A stretch of DNA of 62,748 bases, taken from Tepidisphaeraceae bacterium (GTDB lineage Bacteria > Planctomycetota > Phycisphaerae > Tepidisphaerales > Tepidisphaeraceae). Below the pieces are notes generated by a model. It made no database searches and was not told the origin of the DNA. It worked only from the letters and a program-made list of their open reading frames with translations. The position numbers and the translations under genes are program-made. Below, one piece after another: positions 9,507 through 17,531 of the stretch (position 1 is the first letter of the stretch; each line of letters opens with the position of its first letter). The stretch is taken from assembly GCA_036794395.1 (NCBI GenBank), contig DAIRGS010000003.1:1-62748 (forward strand). The letters run 5' to 3'.

Positions 9507-9564
9507 GCACCGGGGCAACTCACGCGATAACGTTCGACCTCAGTTCTCAAACGACGGAGGCGAT

Positions 9565-9960
9565 ATGCGATGGTTCGGTTTTGTTTTGGCGGCAACAATT
9601 CTGGTTCCAGCCCTCCAGGCCGTCGCCGCAGGCACGGCAGCGGGAGCGGGAAAAAAAGAACTCAATCACGTCGTGCTCATCAAATTCAAACCAGCCGCCA
9701 CCCCCGAGCAGATCAAAAAAGTCGAAGATGCGTTCGCCGCCCTCAGGGAAAAAGTTCCCGGCGTCACATCCCTTCGCTATGGCACCAACGTCAGCCCCGA
9801 GAACAAAAACAAGGGATACACCCACGTCTTTATCCTCACTTTCGCCACCGAAAAAGACCGCGACGGATACCTGATCCACCCCGCCCATAAAGCCTTCGGC
9901 GGAATCCTGGGCCAGGTCATGGACGACGTGCTCGTCGTCGATTTCTGGTCGCAGGACTAA
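9565..9960 (+). CDS. Secreted Dabb (stress-responsive alpha/beta-barrel) domain protein
   Basis: ATG at 9565 is preceded by GGAGG. Signal peptide MRWFGFVLAATILVPALQAVAA. Dabb pattern HVVLIKFK...GTNVSPE...GYTHVFILTF...YLIHPAHKAF. Confidence 0.8.
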   Translation: MRWFGFVLAATILVPALQAVAAGTAAGAGKKELNHVVLIKFKPAATPEQIKKVEDAFAALREKVPGVTSLRYGTNVSPENKNKGYTHVFILTFATEKDRDGYLIHPAHKAFGGILGQVMDDVLVVDFWSQD

Positions 9961-9972
9961 TGATGAAACGAG

Positions 9973-9997
9973 AACCCCCGGACATGCCGGGGGTTTC
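9973..9997 (+). terminator. Rho-independent-terminator-like hairpin after the Dabb gene
   Basis: aacccccgg acatg ccgggggtt: a 9-bp GC-rich stem with a 5-nt loop. The T residues at the 3' side are few, so the T tract is weak. Confidence 0.5.
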
Positions 9998-10026
9998 GAT
10001 AAGTGCTAATGAGCACAAAACTAAAG

Positions 10027-10047
10027 TACCCCCAAGGGGGGTTGAAC
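10027..10047. repeat. Degenerate copy of the tRNA-Glu 3' end (outer att remnant of element A)
   Basis: tacccccaaggggggttgaac versus the tRNA 3' end tacccccaaggggagtcgaac. The first 13 nt are identical and 19 of 21 match overall. Confidence 0.6.
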
Positions 10048-10450
10048 ATTCTTCAAAAACAGCCGAAAAACAGGCTGTTTCGGACCTGCGCGGCACAGAT
10101 TCCGGCACACCTGCGGACGAATCGGCAAGCAATCGACAACCGGCGGACCCCGAGCTTGCGGCGGTGGTGACGGCATGGCCAGACTTGTCGGCGGCGGTGA
10201 AGGCCGGCATCCTGGCGATGGTGAAGGTGTCTGGCCGGGGCTGACTGTCCGCCGGGGCGGACACCTGAACCCTTTCGAGCCTTTGACCATGCGGGCGGAG
10301 GATTGGGATTGAATCGCGACGCCCGTAAGATTGAACCATTGGGACGGCGGGCGCTGTTGCAACGGTGCCGGCCAAGCGGTTCGGGCGGCGGCGGCGTTCC
10401 TCACCTGTCCGCTGCCCCGCCCGGATCGACCCGAACCCGACAGGTGAGAC

Positions 10451-11827
10451 ATGGACCAACCCGCGCCCGCTGCGCCCTTACCGCCCGAGGCCATTCGAGC
10501 CGAAACGCTACGCCTCAAACTGGCGGAATGGCGCATTGAACTTACGGCCGGGCGAACGGTGCAACCCGCCGACCCGTCCGACCCCGATCCCTTGGCCAGT
10601 GAGTGGATGCGGTACCGCAAGGCGGAAGATGACTTTTGGCAGCATCACGCGGGCAAGTTGCCGCCGGCTTCCTGGCATACCGTCCAGACGCCCGTTGATT
10701 TCTACTGGTGGCTGCTGGGGCGCATCGAGTGCCTGAACCAGTTGTGCCCGGACCTGATCGGCCCGTTTCATCCTGGCCGTCGCTATCCTGTCCCGCTTCG
10801 ATGGATCAATGAAGCGTGCGACCTGGCCGACCGCTACCGTATCCCAAGGGGTTTTGCGAAACCGCCTGCCGACCTGACGCCCCAACAGGCGCTTTCAATC
10901 TTCGATGCCTTGTTACTCGGAACGGACAAGGAAATCCGCCGGCGCAACGGCGGCCTGCCATGGCGAGGGACGCTGGCCATGGGGGCGGCGGCGCAGCAAT
11001 TCGACCGGATGGCCAACGCCTTTGACGACCGGGGCCGAGTTGCGGCAAAGGCGGCGCACCTTCAAACGGACGTGAACGAGCTGGCGACGCAGGCGGGGCG
11101 GATTCTCTATCAGGCAATCGACGGCGGCGCGTGGCGGGGACAATGGCCGTGGGCGCGAGGGCGCAAGCCGGCCCGTGACCTGTTCATTTACAAGGACGAT
11201 TTCAGCATGATTCCGAGCGATCAAGTTACGGACATGGAGGCGAACCCTGAGCGCTTCCGTGACGGCGAGCGGTTTCGGCTTCCCCGGCCGGAAGTCCTAC
11301 CCGACGAACTCATCAAACCCGATCGCATGGCGTCCGCCTTCTGGATTGCCGCCATCAACGTGGCGGGACAGTACCCCAACGCATTCCGCATCAACCCGTA
11401 TCGCTTGGACGTGACCGACGCGGAAGGCGACGAAGCCGACCGGCTGGCGTTCTGGCGACGACGGGCGGACGTGTTTGCCGATGCCTGCCGCTTCATTTCC
11501 ACCTTGCTTCGGCAACAGCCGCCGCTGCCTGACGAGCCGGCGGGCGCGGCCACCCCGCCCCCGAGCTTAGACCCTGAAAAAGCAAAGCACTCCCCGGAGG
11601 AATCCGGCGGCCGGCGGCGCGGAAGGCTGACCAAGGATGATGGCAAAGCGAAGCGGGCGCACCTGCTGGCGACGATCCGCGAGCATCCGAGCTTGAAAGA
11701 TGATGCCCGCAAGCTGGCGAGCATGATCGGCGTCAGTGAATCGTCGGCGCGCCGATGGATTAAGGATGAGGAACGCCAGTACCGGGAGAGCCGCGCCGCC
11801 CAACCGGCGGAAGACGACGAAGAATGA
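10451..11827 (+). CDS. Hypothetical protein with C-terminal HTH-like segment
   Basis: 458-aa ORF. The C-terminus KLASMIGVSESSARRWIKDEE resembles a helix-turn-helix. No other recognisable motif was seen. Confidence 0.6.
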   Translation: MDQPAPAAPLPPEAIRAETLRLKLAEWRIELTAGRTVQPADPSDPDPLASEWMRYRKAEDDFWQHHAGKLPPASWHTVQTPVDFYWWLLGRIECLNQLCPDLIGPFHPGRRYPVPLRWINEACDLADRYRIPRGFAKPPADLTPQQALSIFDALLLGTDKEIRRRNGGLPWRGTLAMGAAAQQFDRMANAFDDRGRVAAKAAHLQTDVNELATQAGRILYQAIDGGAWRGQWPWARGRKPARDLFIYKDDFSMIPSDQVTDMEANPERFRDGERFRLPRPEVLPDELIKPDRMASAFWIAAINVAGQYPNAFRINPYRLDVTDAEGDEADRLAFWRRRADVFADACRFISTLLRQQPPLPDEPAGAATPPPSLDPEKAKHSPEESGGRRRGRLTKDDGKAKRAHLLATIREHPSLKDDARKLASMIGVSESSARRWIKDEERQYRESRAAQPAEDDEE

Positions 11828-11865
11828 ACGCGAATTGACAATTCCGAAAACCGAACGAACCCACA

Positions 11866-11890
11866 AAAAGCCCCGGAATCCGGGGTTTTT
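11866..11890 (+). terminator. Rho-independent terminator
   Basis: aaaaagccccgg aat ccggggtttttt: a GC stem followed by a T6 run, 39 nt after the stop at 11827. Confidence 0.7.
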
Positions 11891-11958
11891 TCATTTAATA
11901 ATGCGCCCGAAATGCAAATTCGACCGGTTGGTTGAAGGACCATCAACCGGAGATTTGC

Positions 11959-12168
11959 ATGAGACGAAAACGAAAACGGATCGACCCGGACCTGACCCGC
12001 CGCGATGAAGCCCCGTACTGGGCCGCGGCGCTGGTGCTGGCGATCCGTGCTGGTGACGCGAGCCGGGCCGACAAAGCCCGATCTGAGTTGGAACGGCTGG
12101 GGGTAAACCTGGCGACGTGCGGCGCGATCCACAATCGGGCGCGAAAGGGGGCGGGCAATGAGCGTTGA
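11959..12168 (+). CDS. Small hypothetical protein (69 aa)
   Basis: Internal ATG of the track ORF 11932-12168. It overlaps the next gene by 11 nt. Confidence 0.4.
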   Translation: MRRKRKRIDPDLTRRDEAPYWAAALVLAIRAGDASRADKARSELERLGVNLATCGAIHNRARKGAGNER

Positions 12169-12367
12169 ACCCCTGACACCCATTGGCACGCCGCGCCTGC
12201 TGTTCACGCCCCGCGAAGCGGCGAAGGCGCTGAGCGTTTGCGAAAAGACACTTTGGAGCCTGAGCAAGCGCGGCGACCTGCCGGCGGTGCGGATCGGGCG
12301 GGCGGTGCGGTACGACGTGGCGGACCTGCGAGCCTTCATCGACGGGCAGAAGGGCGGTGCCCGATGA
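12158..12367 (+). CDS. Excisionase-family (AlpA/MerR-like) HTH DNA-binding protein
   Basis: LLFTPREAAKALSVCEKTLWSLSKRGDLPAVRIGRAVRYDVADLRAFID matches the excisionase-type HTH pattern. The stop overlaps the next ATG (ATGA). Confidence 0.8.
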   Translation: MSVEPLTPIGTPRLLFTPREAAKALSVCEKTLWSLSKRGDLPAVRIGRAVRYDVADLRAFIDGQKGGAR

Positions 12368-14445
12368 ACCGCGAGACGAATTGGCTGCGGGTGCGGAATG
12401 ATCGGCCCTGCCCGATCTGCCAGCACACCGACTGGTGCATGGTAGCGGCAGACGGATCGGCGGCGCTGTGCGCTCGCATCGAACAAGGCGCGGCGACGAA
12501 GACAAAGGGCGGGTGGGTACATCGGCTGACAGAATCGGCCGAGACGCAACCCAACAGAACGCGAAGTGTTGGGAAGGCGAAAACGTCCGCCCGGAAGGGA
12601 ATGACCACAAAAGCGTACCCAACTGCCGACGCTGCGATTGAAGCCGCTGGCCGGCAGGCCGGTGGTGATGCGGTTGCGCAATGGAGCTACCACGGCCGCG
12701 ACAGCACCGAAGCCCTGCGCGTGATCCGCTTCGCCCTGCCGAACGGCGACAAGCAATACCGGCCTATCCACCATGCGAAAGACGGCTGGCGGATCGCCGA
12801 TCCTTCCGGCCCGCTGCCGCTGTATCGGCTGGGCGACCTGCCGGTGACGGGCACGGTATGGGTGACAGAGGGCGAGAAAGCGGCGGACGCTGCCCACGGT
12901 ATCGGGCTGCCAGCTACCACGTCGGCGCACGGTTCGGGCGCTGCCGAGAAAACCGATTGGACGCCGCTGGCCGGGCGGATGGCGTGCATCTTGCCCGACG
13001 CCGATGAGCCGGGGCGGAAGTACGCGCAGGACGTGGCGCGGTTGCTGGCGAAGCTGGACCCGCCGGCCCGCGTGCGGATGGTGGAACTTCCGGGACTGCC
13101 GGACAAGGGTGACGTGGTGGAGTACATCGACGCCCGCGCCGGGCAACCGCCCGCCGCGATCCGCGCCGACGTGGAAGCCGTTGCGGCGAAAGTGCCGGAG
13201 TTGTCCGCCGGCGACGTGATCGGCGGGCCGGTGCTGGTGTGCCTGGCCGACGTGGAGGCGCGAGAGATTGATTGGTTGTGGCCGGGCCGCGTGGCACTGG
13301 GGCGCATCACGCTGCTGGTGGGCAGGCCCGGCGAGGGTAAATCATTCCTGACAACCGATATGGCTGCGCGGGTGACGACTGGCACGCCCTGGCCCGATGG
13401 AACGGATTGCCCCGCCGGATCGGTGATTCTCGTTTGTGCCGAAGACGACCCTGGCGACACCATCCGCCCGCGACTAGACGCACACCATGCCGACGTGCGG
13501 CGCGTTCACCTACTGTCGGCCGTTCGACGGATCGGCGCGGATGGTAAGCGGCATGACGTGATGTTCACTCTGGCCGACGTGGTGGCGCTTGAAGCGGCGT
13601 TGAAGACGCATCCCGATTGCAAGCTAATCGTGGTGGACCCCATCGGCAGTTTCCTTGGCGGCGACACCGATTCCCACCGCGACAACGAAGTGCGTAGCGT
13701 GCTTTCCCCGGTGGGCATGTTGGCAGAGAAGTACGGGCCGGCAGTGCTGGTTGTGGCGCATCGACGGAAGAGCGCGGGCAGCAACGCGGACGAAACCGCA
13801 CTGGGAAGCCGGGCGTTCACTGGCATTGCCCGAGCCGTCTGGCACCTGAGCCGCGATACCGAAAACAAGGCCCGCCGGCTGCTGTTGCCGGGCAAGAACA
13901 ACCTGGCACCGGAAGGCGACGGGCTGGCGTTCACGATTCACGGCGAACGGCCCGCCATCATTTGGGAACGCGATCCGGTGACGATGAGCGCGGATGACGC
14001 CTTGGCCGTTGAGAACGGCGGCGGTGGTGACGGGCCGGGAAGGCCGGCGGAAGAACGGGACAACGCGGCGGCATGGCTGGCGGCGGAACTGGCGGACCTG
14101 CAACCGCATCCCGTGGCGGACCTGCGGCGTGACGCAACGGCGGCCGGCATCGTCTGGCGAACGGTGCAACGGGCGGCCGTGACGCTACAGGTGATCCGCG
14201 AGCGGAGCGGTTTCGGGGGCGCGTTCATCTGGCGTCTTCCGAAACCCGGAACGCCCCTACCGGGTGACGCCCCGCCCATACGTGCCACAAGCCCGGAGAG
14301 TAGCAATTCTGGCACGAATGGCACGATTGACGAATCACGCGAAAAACACGGGTTTTCGTCGGCTGCGAGCGTGCCATTATCCCATACGTGCCACAATGAT
14401 TCACTTGGCACGAATGGCGATGGCAGAGAGCGGGGTGAGTTATGA
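12364..14445 (+). CDS. Primase-helicase: Zn-finger plus Toprim plus RecA-like (AAA_25/RepA-type) ATPase
   Basis: CPICQHTDWC...C zinc motif. Toprim motifs VWVTEGEKAADAA and ILPDADEPGRKYA. Walker A LLVGRPGEGKSF and Walker B-like VILVCAEDD. The start was chosen at the ATGA overlap; the track ORF begins at 12238 inside the previous gene. Confidence 0.8.
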   Translation: MNRETNWLRVRNDRPCPICQHTDWCMVAADGSAALCARIEQGAATKTKGGWVHRLTESAETQPNRTRSVGKAKTSARKGMTTKAYPTADAAIEAAGRQAGGDAVAQWSYHGRDSTEALRVIRFALPNGDKQYRPIHHAKDGWRIADPSGPLPLYRLGDLPVTGTVWVTEGEKAADAAHGIGLPATTSAHGSGAAEKTDWTPLAGRMACILPDADEPGRKYAQDVARLLAKLDPPARVRMVELPGLPDKGDVVEYIDARAGQPPAAIRADVEAVAAKVPELSAGDVIGGPVLVCLADVEAREIDWLWPGRVALGRITLLVGRPGEGKSFLTTDMAARVTTGTPWPDGTDCPAGSVILVCAEDDPGDTIRPRLDAHHADVRRVHLLSAVRRIGADGKRHDVMFTLADVVALEAALKTHPDCKLIVVDPIGSFLGGDTDSHRDNEVRSVLSPVGMLAEKYGPAVLVVAHRRKSAGSNADETALGSRAFTGIARAVWHLSRDTENKARRLLLPGKNNLAPEGDGLAFTIHGERPAIIWERDPVTMSADDALAVENGGGGDGPGRPAEERDNAAAWLAAELADLQPHPVADLRRDATAAGIVWRTVQRAAVTLQVIRERSGFGGAFIWRLPKPGTPLPGDAPPIRATSPESSNSGTNGTIDESREKHGFSSAASVPLSHTCHNDSLGTNGDGRERGEL

Positions 14446-14804
14446 CGCCCGCCTGTTCCACTGGCCGGACGCTATATCACGCCCTGCGCCGCGCCGGGGT
14501 GGTGCTGAGTGCCAACGGCGAACGGCTGACGTTTGATGCCCCTGCCGGAACGCTGACGCCCGATCTGCGCGGGCTGATGAAGGCCCGCAAGCCCGAGTTG
14601 TTGGCGGTGGTGCGGGGCGACTACCTGCGGGCCGCGCTGGCGATGGTGTTGGATGAACCGGAACCCGACCGGCAGAACGCCTTGGCGGAATGGTTCGATG
14701 AGCAGGCCGGCATCGGCGAGTACGACGGCAGCATGAGCCGTGGCGAAGCTGAGCGATCCGCCTACATCGCATTGTGCCGCGCTGTGGAAGGGGGCAGCGT
14801 ATGA
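14442..14804 (+). CDS. Hypothetical protein with TubC_N-like N-terminal motif
   Basis: LRRAGVVLSANGERLTFDAPAGTLTPDLRGLMKARKPELLAVV resembles the TubC N-terminal docking-domain pattern. ATGA coupling occurs at both ends. Confidence 0.6.
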   Translation: MTPACSTGRTLYHALRRAGVVLSANGERLTFDAPAGTLTPDLRGLMKARKPELLAVVRGDYLRAALAMVLDEPEPDRQNALAEWFDEQAGIGEYDGSMSRGEAERSAYIALCRAVEGGSV

Positions 14805-15031
14805 GCCTGTGGACGCTGACCCTTCGCCCCGAGGGCGACGGCCCGCCGGAAGCCTGCCGGGTGCGGCGGCTGCTGAAACTGGCGTTGAGAAGCTGCGGGC
14901 TGCGGTGCATCGACGTGCGGCATGAGGACACGCCGCGCCCAACACACGCTGACGAACGAAACGAAGCCCCAATGAAGCCGAAGGCATCCGAGCCGACCGC
15001 AGGCCGCTGCGATGCGGAGAACGAAACCTAA
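14801..15031 (+). CDS. Small hypothetical protein (76 aa)
   Basis: The ATG at 14801 overlaps the upstream stop (ATGA). It reads MSLWTLTLRPEGDGPPEACRVRRLLKLALR. Confidence 0.45.
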   Translation: MSLWTLTLRPEGDGPPEACRVRRLLKLALRSCGLRCIDVRHEDTPRPTHADERNEAPMKPKASEPTAGRCDAENET

Positions 15032-15055
15032 CAAAACATAACGTCTGGAAAGGCA

Positions 15056-15730
15056 ATGACCATGAAGAAGCGAACGAAGAAAACGACGCTGGCGAAGAAA
15101 CCGGCAACAACGCCCCAGCCGAAGGCCGCGCCGGTGCCGGCGGAGATTCACCACACGTTCACGCTGCTGGCGACCCTCAACCGCTACCAGATGGAAAAGA
15201 TTGGCGGGAAGGTTGGCAATCCGATTGCTGAGTCGTCGGCCAAGTTTGTGTGCGACCTGATGGAACGGTTCAAGGCCCGCGACCCCATCGAAGAAATGCT
15301 GTTCAGTCAGATGGTGTTGACCTATGGCCGCATGGCGTACCTGACGGCCTACGCGGACCAACAGAGCAACATCAAGTGGGCGACGATGATGCACGAAGCG
15401 GCGGATCGCGCCGCCAACACGTTCCGGCGGCAGATGCTGGCCCTGGCCGAATACCGACGCCCGCCGCGAGCCAACAGCTTTACCGCCATCGGGCAGGCCA
15501 ACATCGCGCAACAACAGGTAGTGCAAAACAGGATTTCCGAAAATGAGACGACGAACGAACAAGGATCGTCCGGCACGCCCGGAACCGCGAAGATGCTACC
15601 GCCTGACGGCCAAGGGGCTGCAAGCCCTGCGGGAAGCCGCGCGCCGGGTGCGGCCGTGGCTGGCGAGCACGGGACCGAAGACGGCGGCCGGGAAGGTGCG
15701 GGCGAGCGGGAACGCCCGCAAGCACGGTGA
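15056..15730 (+). CDS. Hypothetical protein; the C-terminal ~60 codons overlap the next ORF and look non-coding
   Basis: The first ~160 aa have normal composition. After ...QNRISENETTNEQ the sequence becomes G/A/P/R-rich and overlaps 15543-15851 in another frame. Confidence 0.5.
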   Translation: MTMKKRTKKTTLAKKPATTPQPKAAPVPAEIHHTFTLLATLNRYQMEKIGGKVGNPIAESSAKFVCDLMERFKARDPIEEMLFSQMVLTYGRMAYLTAYADQQSNIKWATMMHEAADRAANTFRRQMLALAEYRRPPRANSFTAIGQANIAQQQVVQNRISENETTNEQGSSGTPGTAKMLPPDGQGAASPAGSRAPGAAVAGEHGTEDGGREGAGERERPQAR

Positions 15731-15851
15731 ACGATCCGCCGAAGCCATGGCACAGAGGCGGGAAGCGGCAGCGCTGTTCCGCATGATGCGGACGATGGAG
15801 CGCGACCCGAACTCCGAAGGCCCGGCGGCCGGCGGAAGCATCAACATTTGA
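15543..15851 (+). CDS. Hypothetical protein with STGPKT..GK..S..NA.KHG motif
   Basis: ASTGPKTAAGKVRASGNARKHGERS is a recurring motif of small proteins in integrative elements (from memory). Confidence 0.5.
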   Translation: MRRRTNKDRPARPEPRRCYRLTAKGLQALREAARRVRPWLASTGPKTAAGKVRASGNARKHGERSAEAMAQRREAAALFRMMRTMERDPNSEGPAAGGSINI

Positions 15852-15873
15852 TGTTGACTATCAGACAACTATC

Positions 15874-16122
15874 GTGGAGAATGAAGCCGTGGCACGAAAA
15901 TCGAAAACTCTGGTGGATCAAATCCGCCGCGCCGTGGATGACTGCGGGATGAGCCGCTACGCGCTGGGGCAGTTGATCGGCATGGACAAGGCGCAGATGT
16001 CCCGCTTCATGGCGGGCAAAGGCTTCCTGTCCGAAGACTCGATGAACCGCCTGGCGGAATCGCTGCACCTGAGCATTTCGAGCGGGGCGAAGCCGAAGGC
16101 TGCGAAGACAAAGGACAGGTGA
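15874..16122 (+). CDS. XRE-type HTH transcriptional regulator
   Basis: MSRYALGQLIGMDKAQMSRFMAGKGFLSEDSMNRLAESL matches the Cro/C1-type HTH pattern. Confidence 0.7.
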   Translation: MENEAVARKSKTLVDQIRRAVDDCGMSRYALGQLIGMDKAQMSRFMAGKGFLSEDSMNRLAESLHLSISSGAKPKAAKTKDR

Positions 16123-16125
16123 AGC

Positions 16126-17454
16126 ATGGCGACGATTGGCAATGACCCCAATGGCTACCGGCGGATTCTTTTCGTGGCGGGCGACAGCAGCCGCAAGACA
16201 ATCCGGCTGGGCAAGGTGACGATGAAACAGGCCGAAGCCTTCAAGGTGAAGGCCGAAGCCCTGATCGGCGCTGGCATCACCGGCAACATGGACGATGAAA
16301 CGTCCCGCTGGCTGGCGACGATTGACGACAAGATGCACGCCCGCTTGGCGGCGGCGGGGCTGGTAAAGGCGCGCACCGGCGGCCGGGCGGTGCTGGGGAC
16401 GTTCATCGACGCCTTCATTGCGAGCCGGCCCGGCATGAAGGAACACACGCGATTGAATTGGGTGCAAGTGCGCCAATGGCTGGTGAAGCATTTCGGCGAG
16501 AGCCGCGACATGCGGAGCATCGACCACGGCGACGCGCTGGACTGGCAGACGTTCATGGCAAAGGGCGGGCTGGGGGAGAACACGTTGCGCCGGCACATCG
16601 GCCGCGCCCGCCAGTTGTTCAAGGCGGCGATCCGCCGGGGGCTGGTGCGCGGCGTCAATCCGTTTGAAGGAATGGCCGCGACGGTGCGGGCCGACAAGGA
16701 ACGGCTGGTGTTTGTCACGCGGGACGCGATAGCAAAGGTGCTGGACGCCTGCCCCGACGCCCAATGGAAGCTGATGATTGCCCTGAGCCGCTACGGCGGG
16801 CTGCGCTGCCCGAGCGAACACATGATGTTGAAGTGGGGCGACGTGGATTGGGAACGTGGGCGCATCACGGTACGAAGCCCGAAGACAGAACACCATGAAG
16901 GCAAGGATTTGCGGATGGTGCCGCTGTTCCCCGAGCTGCGGCCGTACCTGTTGGAAGCCTTTGAACAAGCCGAGCCGGGGACGGAGTACGTCATTACCCG
17001 CTACCGGGACAAAAACGCCAACCTGCGGACGCACTTCGGCCGGATCGTCGCTAAGGCCGGGGTGAAGGCGTGGGCGAAGCCGTGGCAGAATCTTCGGTCA
17101 ACGCGGCAGACGGAGCTTGCCGAGACGTACCCGATTCACGTCGTCTGTGCGTGGATCGGCAATAGCGAAGCCGTGGCGCAGGAACACTACCTGCAAGTGA
17201 CCGATGCGCACTTTGCGGCTGCGATCCGCGAGCCGGTGCCTGCGACCGGGCAGACACCGGCAAGCCCCGCTAACACCGCGGCACAGAATCCGGCACAGTA
17301 CCCGGCGGAATCGAGCTTACCCGAGCGGGAAACGGCAGGGGCTGAAAAGCAAAATCGCCCGGCTTTACCGGGCGATTCTGCTAAGTACCTGTCAGTACGG
17401 GACTTGAATGTACCCACAAGGGGAGTCGAACCCCTGTTCATATGCGTTTTTTAG
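16126..17454 (+). CDS. Tyrosine recombinase / phage-type integrase (element A)
   Basis: Catalytic region ALSRYGGLRCPSEHMMLKWGDVDW and LRSTRQTELAETYPIHVVCAWIGNSEAVAQEHYLQV (R, H-x-x-R/W, Y). The last 15 codons read through the att copy at 17411-17437. Confidence 0.85.
   Translation: MATIGNDPNGYRRILFVAGDSSRKTIRLGKVTMKQAEAFKVKAEALIGAGITGNMDDETSRWLATIDDKMHARLAAAGLVKARTGGRAVLGTFIDAFIASRPGMKEHTRLNWVQVRQWLVKHFGESRDMRSIDHGDALDWQTFMAKGGLGENTLRRHIGRARQLFKAAIRRGLVRGVNPFEGMAATVRADKERLVFVTRDAIAKVLDACPDAQWKLMIALSRYGGLRCPSEHMMLKWGDVDWERGRITVRSPKTEHHEGKDLRMVPLFPELRPYLLEAFEQAEPGTEYVITRYRDKNANLRTHFGRIVAKAGVKAWAKPWQNLRSTRQTELAETYPIHVVCAWIGNSEAVAQEHYLQVTDAHFAAAIREPVPATGQTPASPANTAAQNPAQYPAESSLPERETAGAEKQNRPALPGDSAKYLSVRDLNVPTRGVEPLFICVF
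17411..17437. repeat. 27-bp direct repeat of the tRNA-Glu 3' end (shared att site between elements A and B)
   Basis: tacccacaaggggagtcgaacccctgt versus 40497-40523 tacccccaaggggagtcgaacccctgt: 26 of 27 identical. Confidence 0.85.
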
Positions 17455-17479
17455 CTAATAATACGGTTTTTTGTCACTC

Positions 17480-17510
17480 TAATTCGGTATTGTGTTGCTT
17501 AATTCGGTAT
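17480..17510 (+). promoter_or_regulatory. Two direct TAATTCGGTAT repeats (putative integrase/excisionase arm-type sites, left end of element B)
   Basis: taattcggtat occurs at 17480-17490 and 17500-17510, a 20-bp period. The same motif pair occurs at 40402-40432, and inverted at 17599-17630. Confidence 0.6.
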
Positions 17511-17531
17511 TCAAGCCTACCATCTCGGGAG

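Larger units (their letters stand above)
10027..17437 (+). mobile_element. Integrative element A (~7.4 kb), P4/PICI-like satellite gene set, integrated at tRNA-Glu
   Basis: Bounded by tRNA-3'-end copies at 10027 and 17411. All genes are co-directional and the excisionase-to-integrase run is mostly stop/start coupled. Contents are an excisionase-type HTH, a primase-helicase, an XRE HTH and a tyrosine integrase at the tRNA-proximal end. Confidence 0.7.

Noticed and set aside
8460-9518. Full 352-aa version of the secreted-protein ORF
   Set aside because: The first 86 codons run through the palindromic repeat at 9347-9506. The internal ATG at 9260 yields a canonical signal peptide.
9960-10244. 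94-aa plus-strand ORF spanning the att remnant
   Set aside because: Its only start codons lie before a terminator-like hairpin (9973-9997) and before the tRNA-fragment copy, so the N-terminal half translates non-coding features. The C-terminal ELAAVVTAWPDLSAAVKAGILAMV segment looks protein-like and may be a remnant of an element gene. No credible start exists inside the element.
11221-13146. 641-aa minus-strand ORF
   Set aside because: It is antisense to the excisionase and primase-helicase genes. Its composition is extremely Arg/Pro/Ser/Gly-rich and it has no motifs, which is typical of a spurious long ORF on the opposite strand of high-GC coding DNA.
15841-17034. 397-aa minus-strand ORF
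   Set aside because: It is antisense to the XRE regulator and integrase A genes, is His/Pro/Arg/Gln-rich, and has no recognisable domain. The plus-strand genes have clear family motifs.
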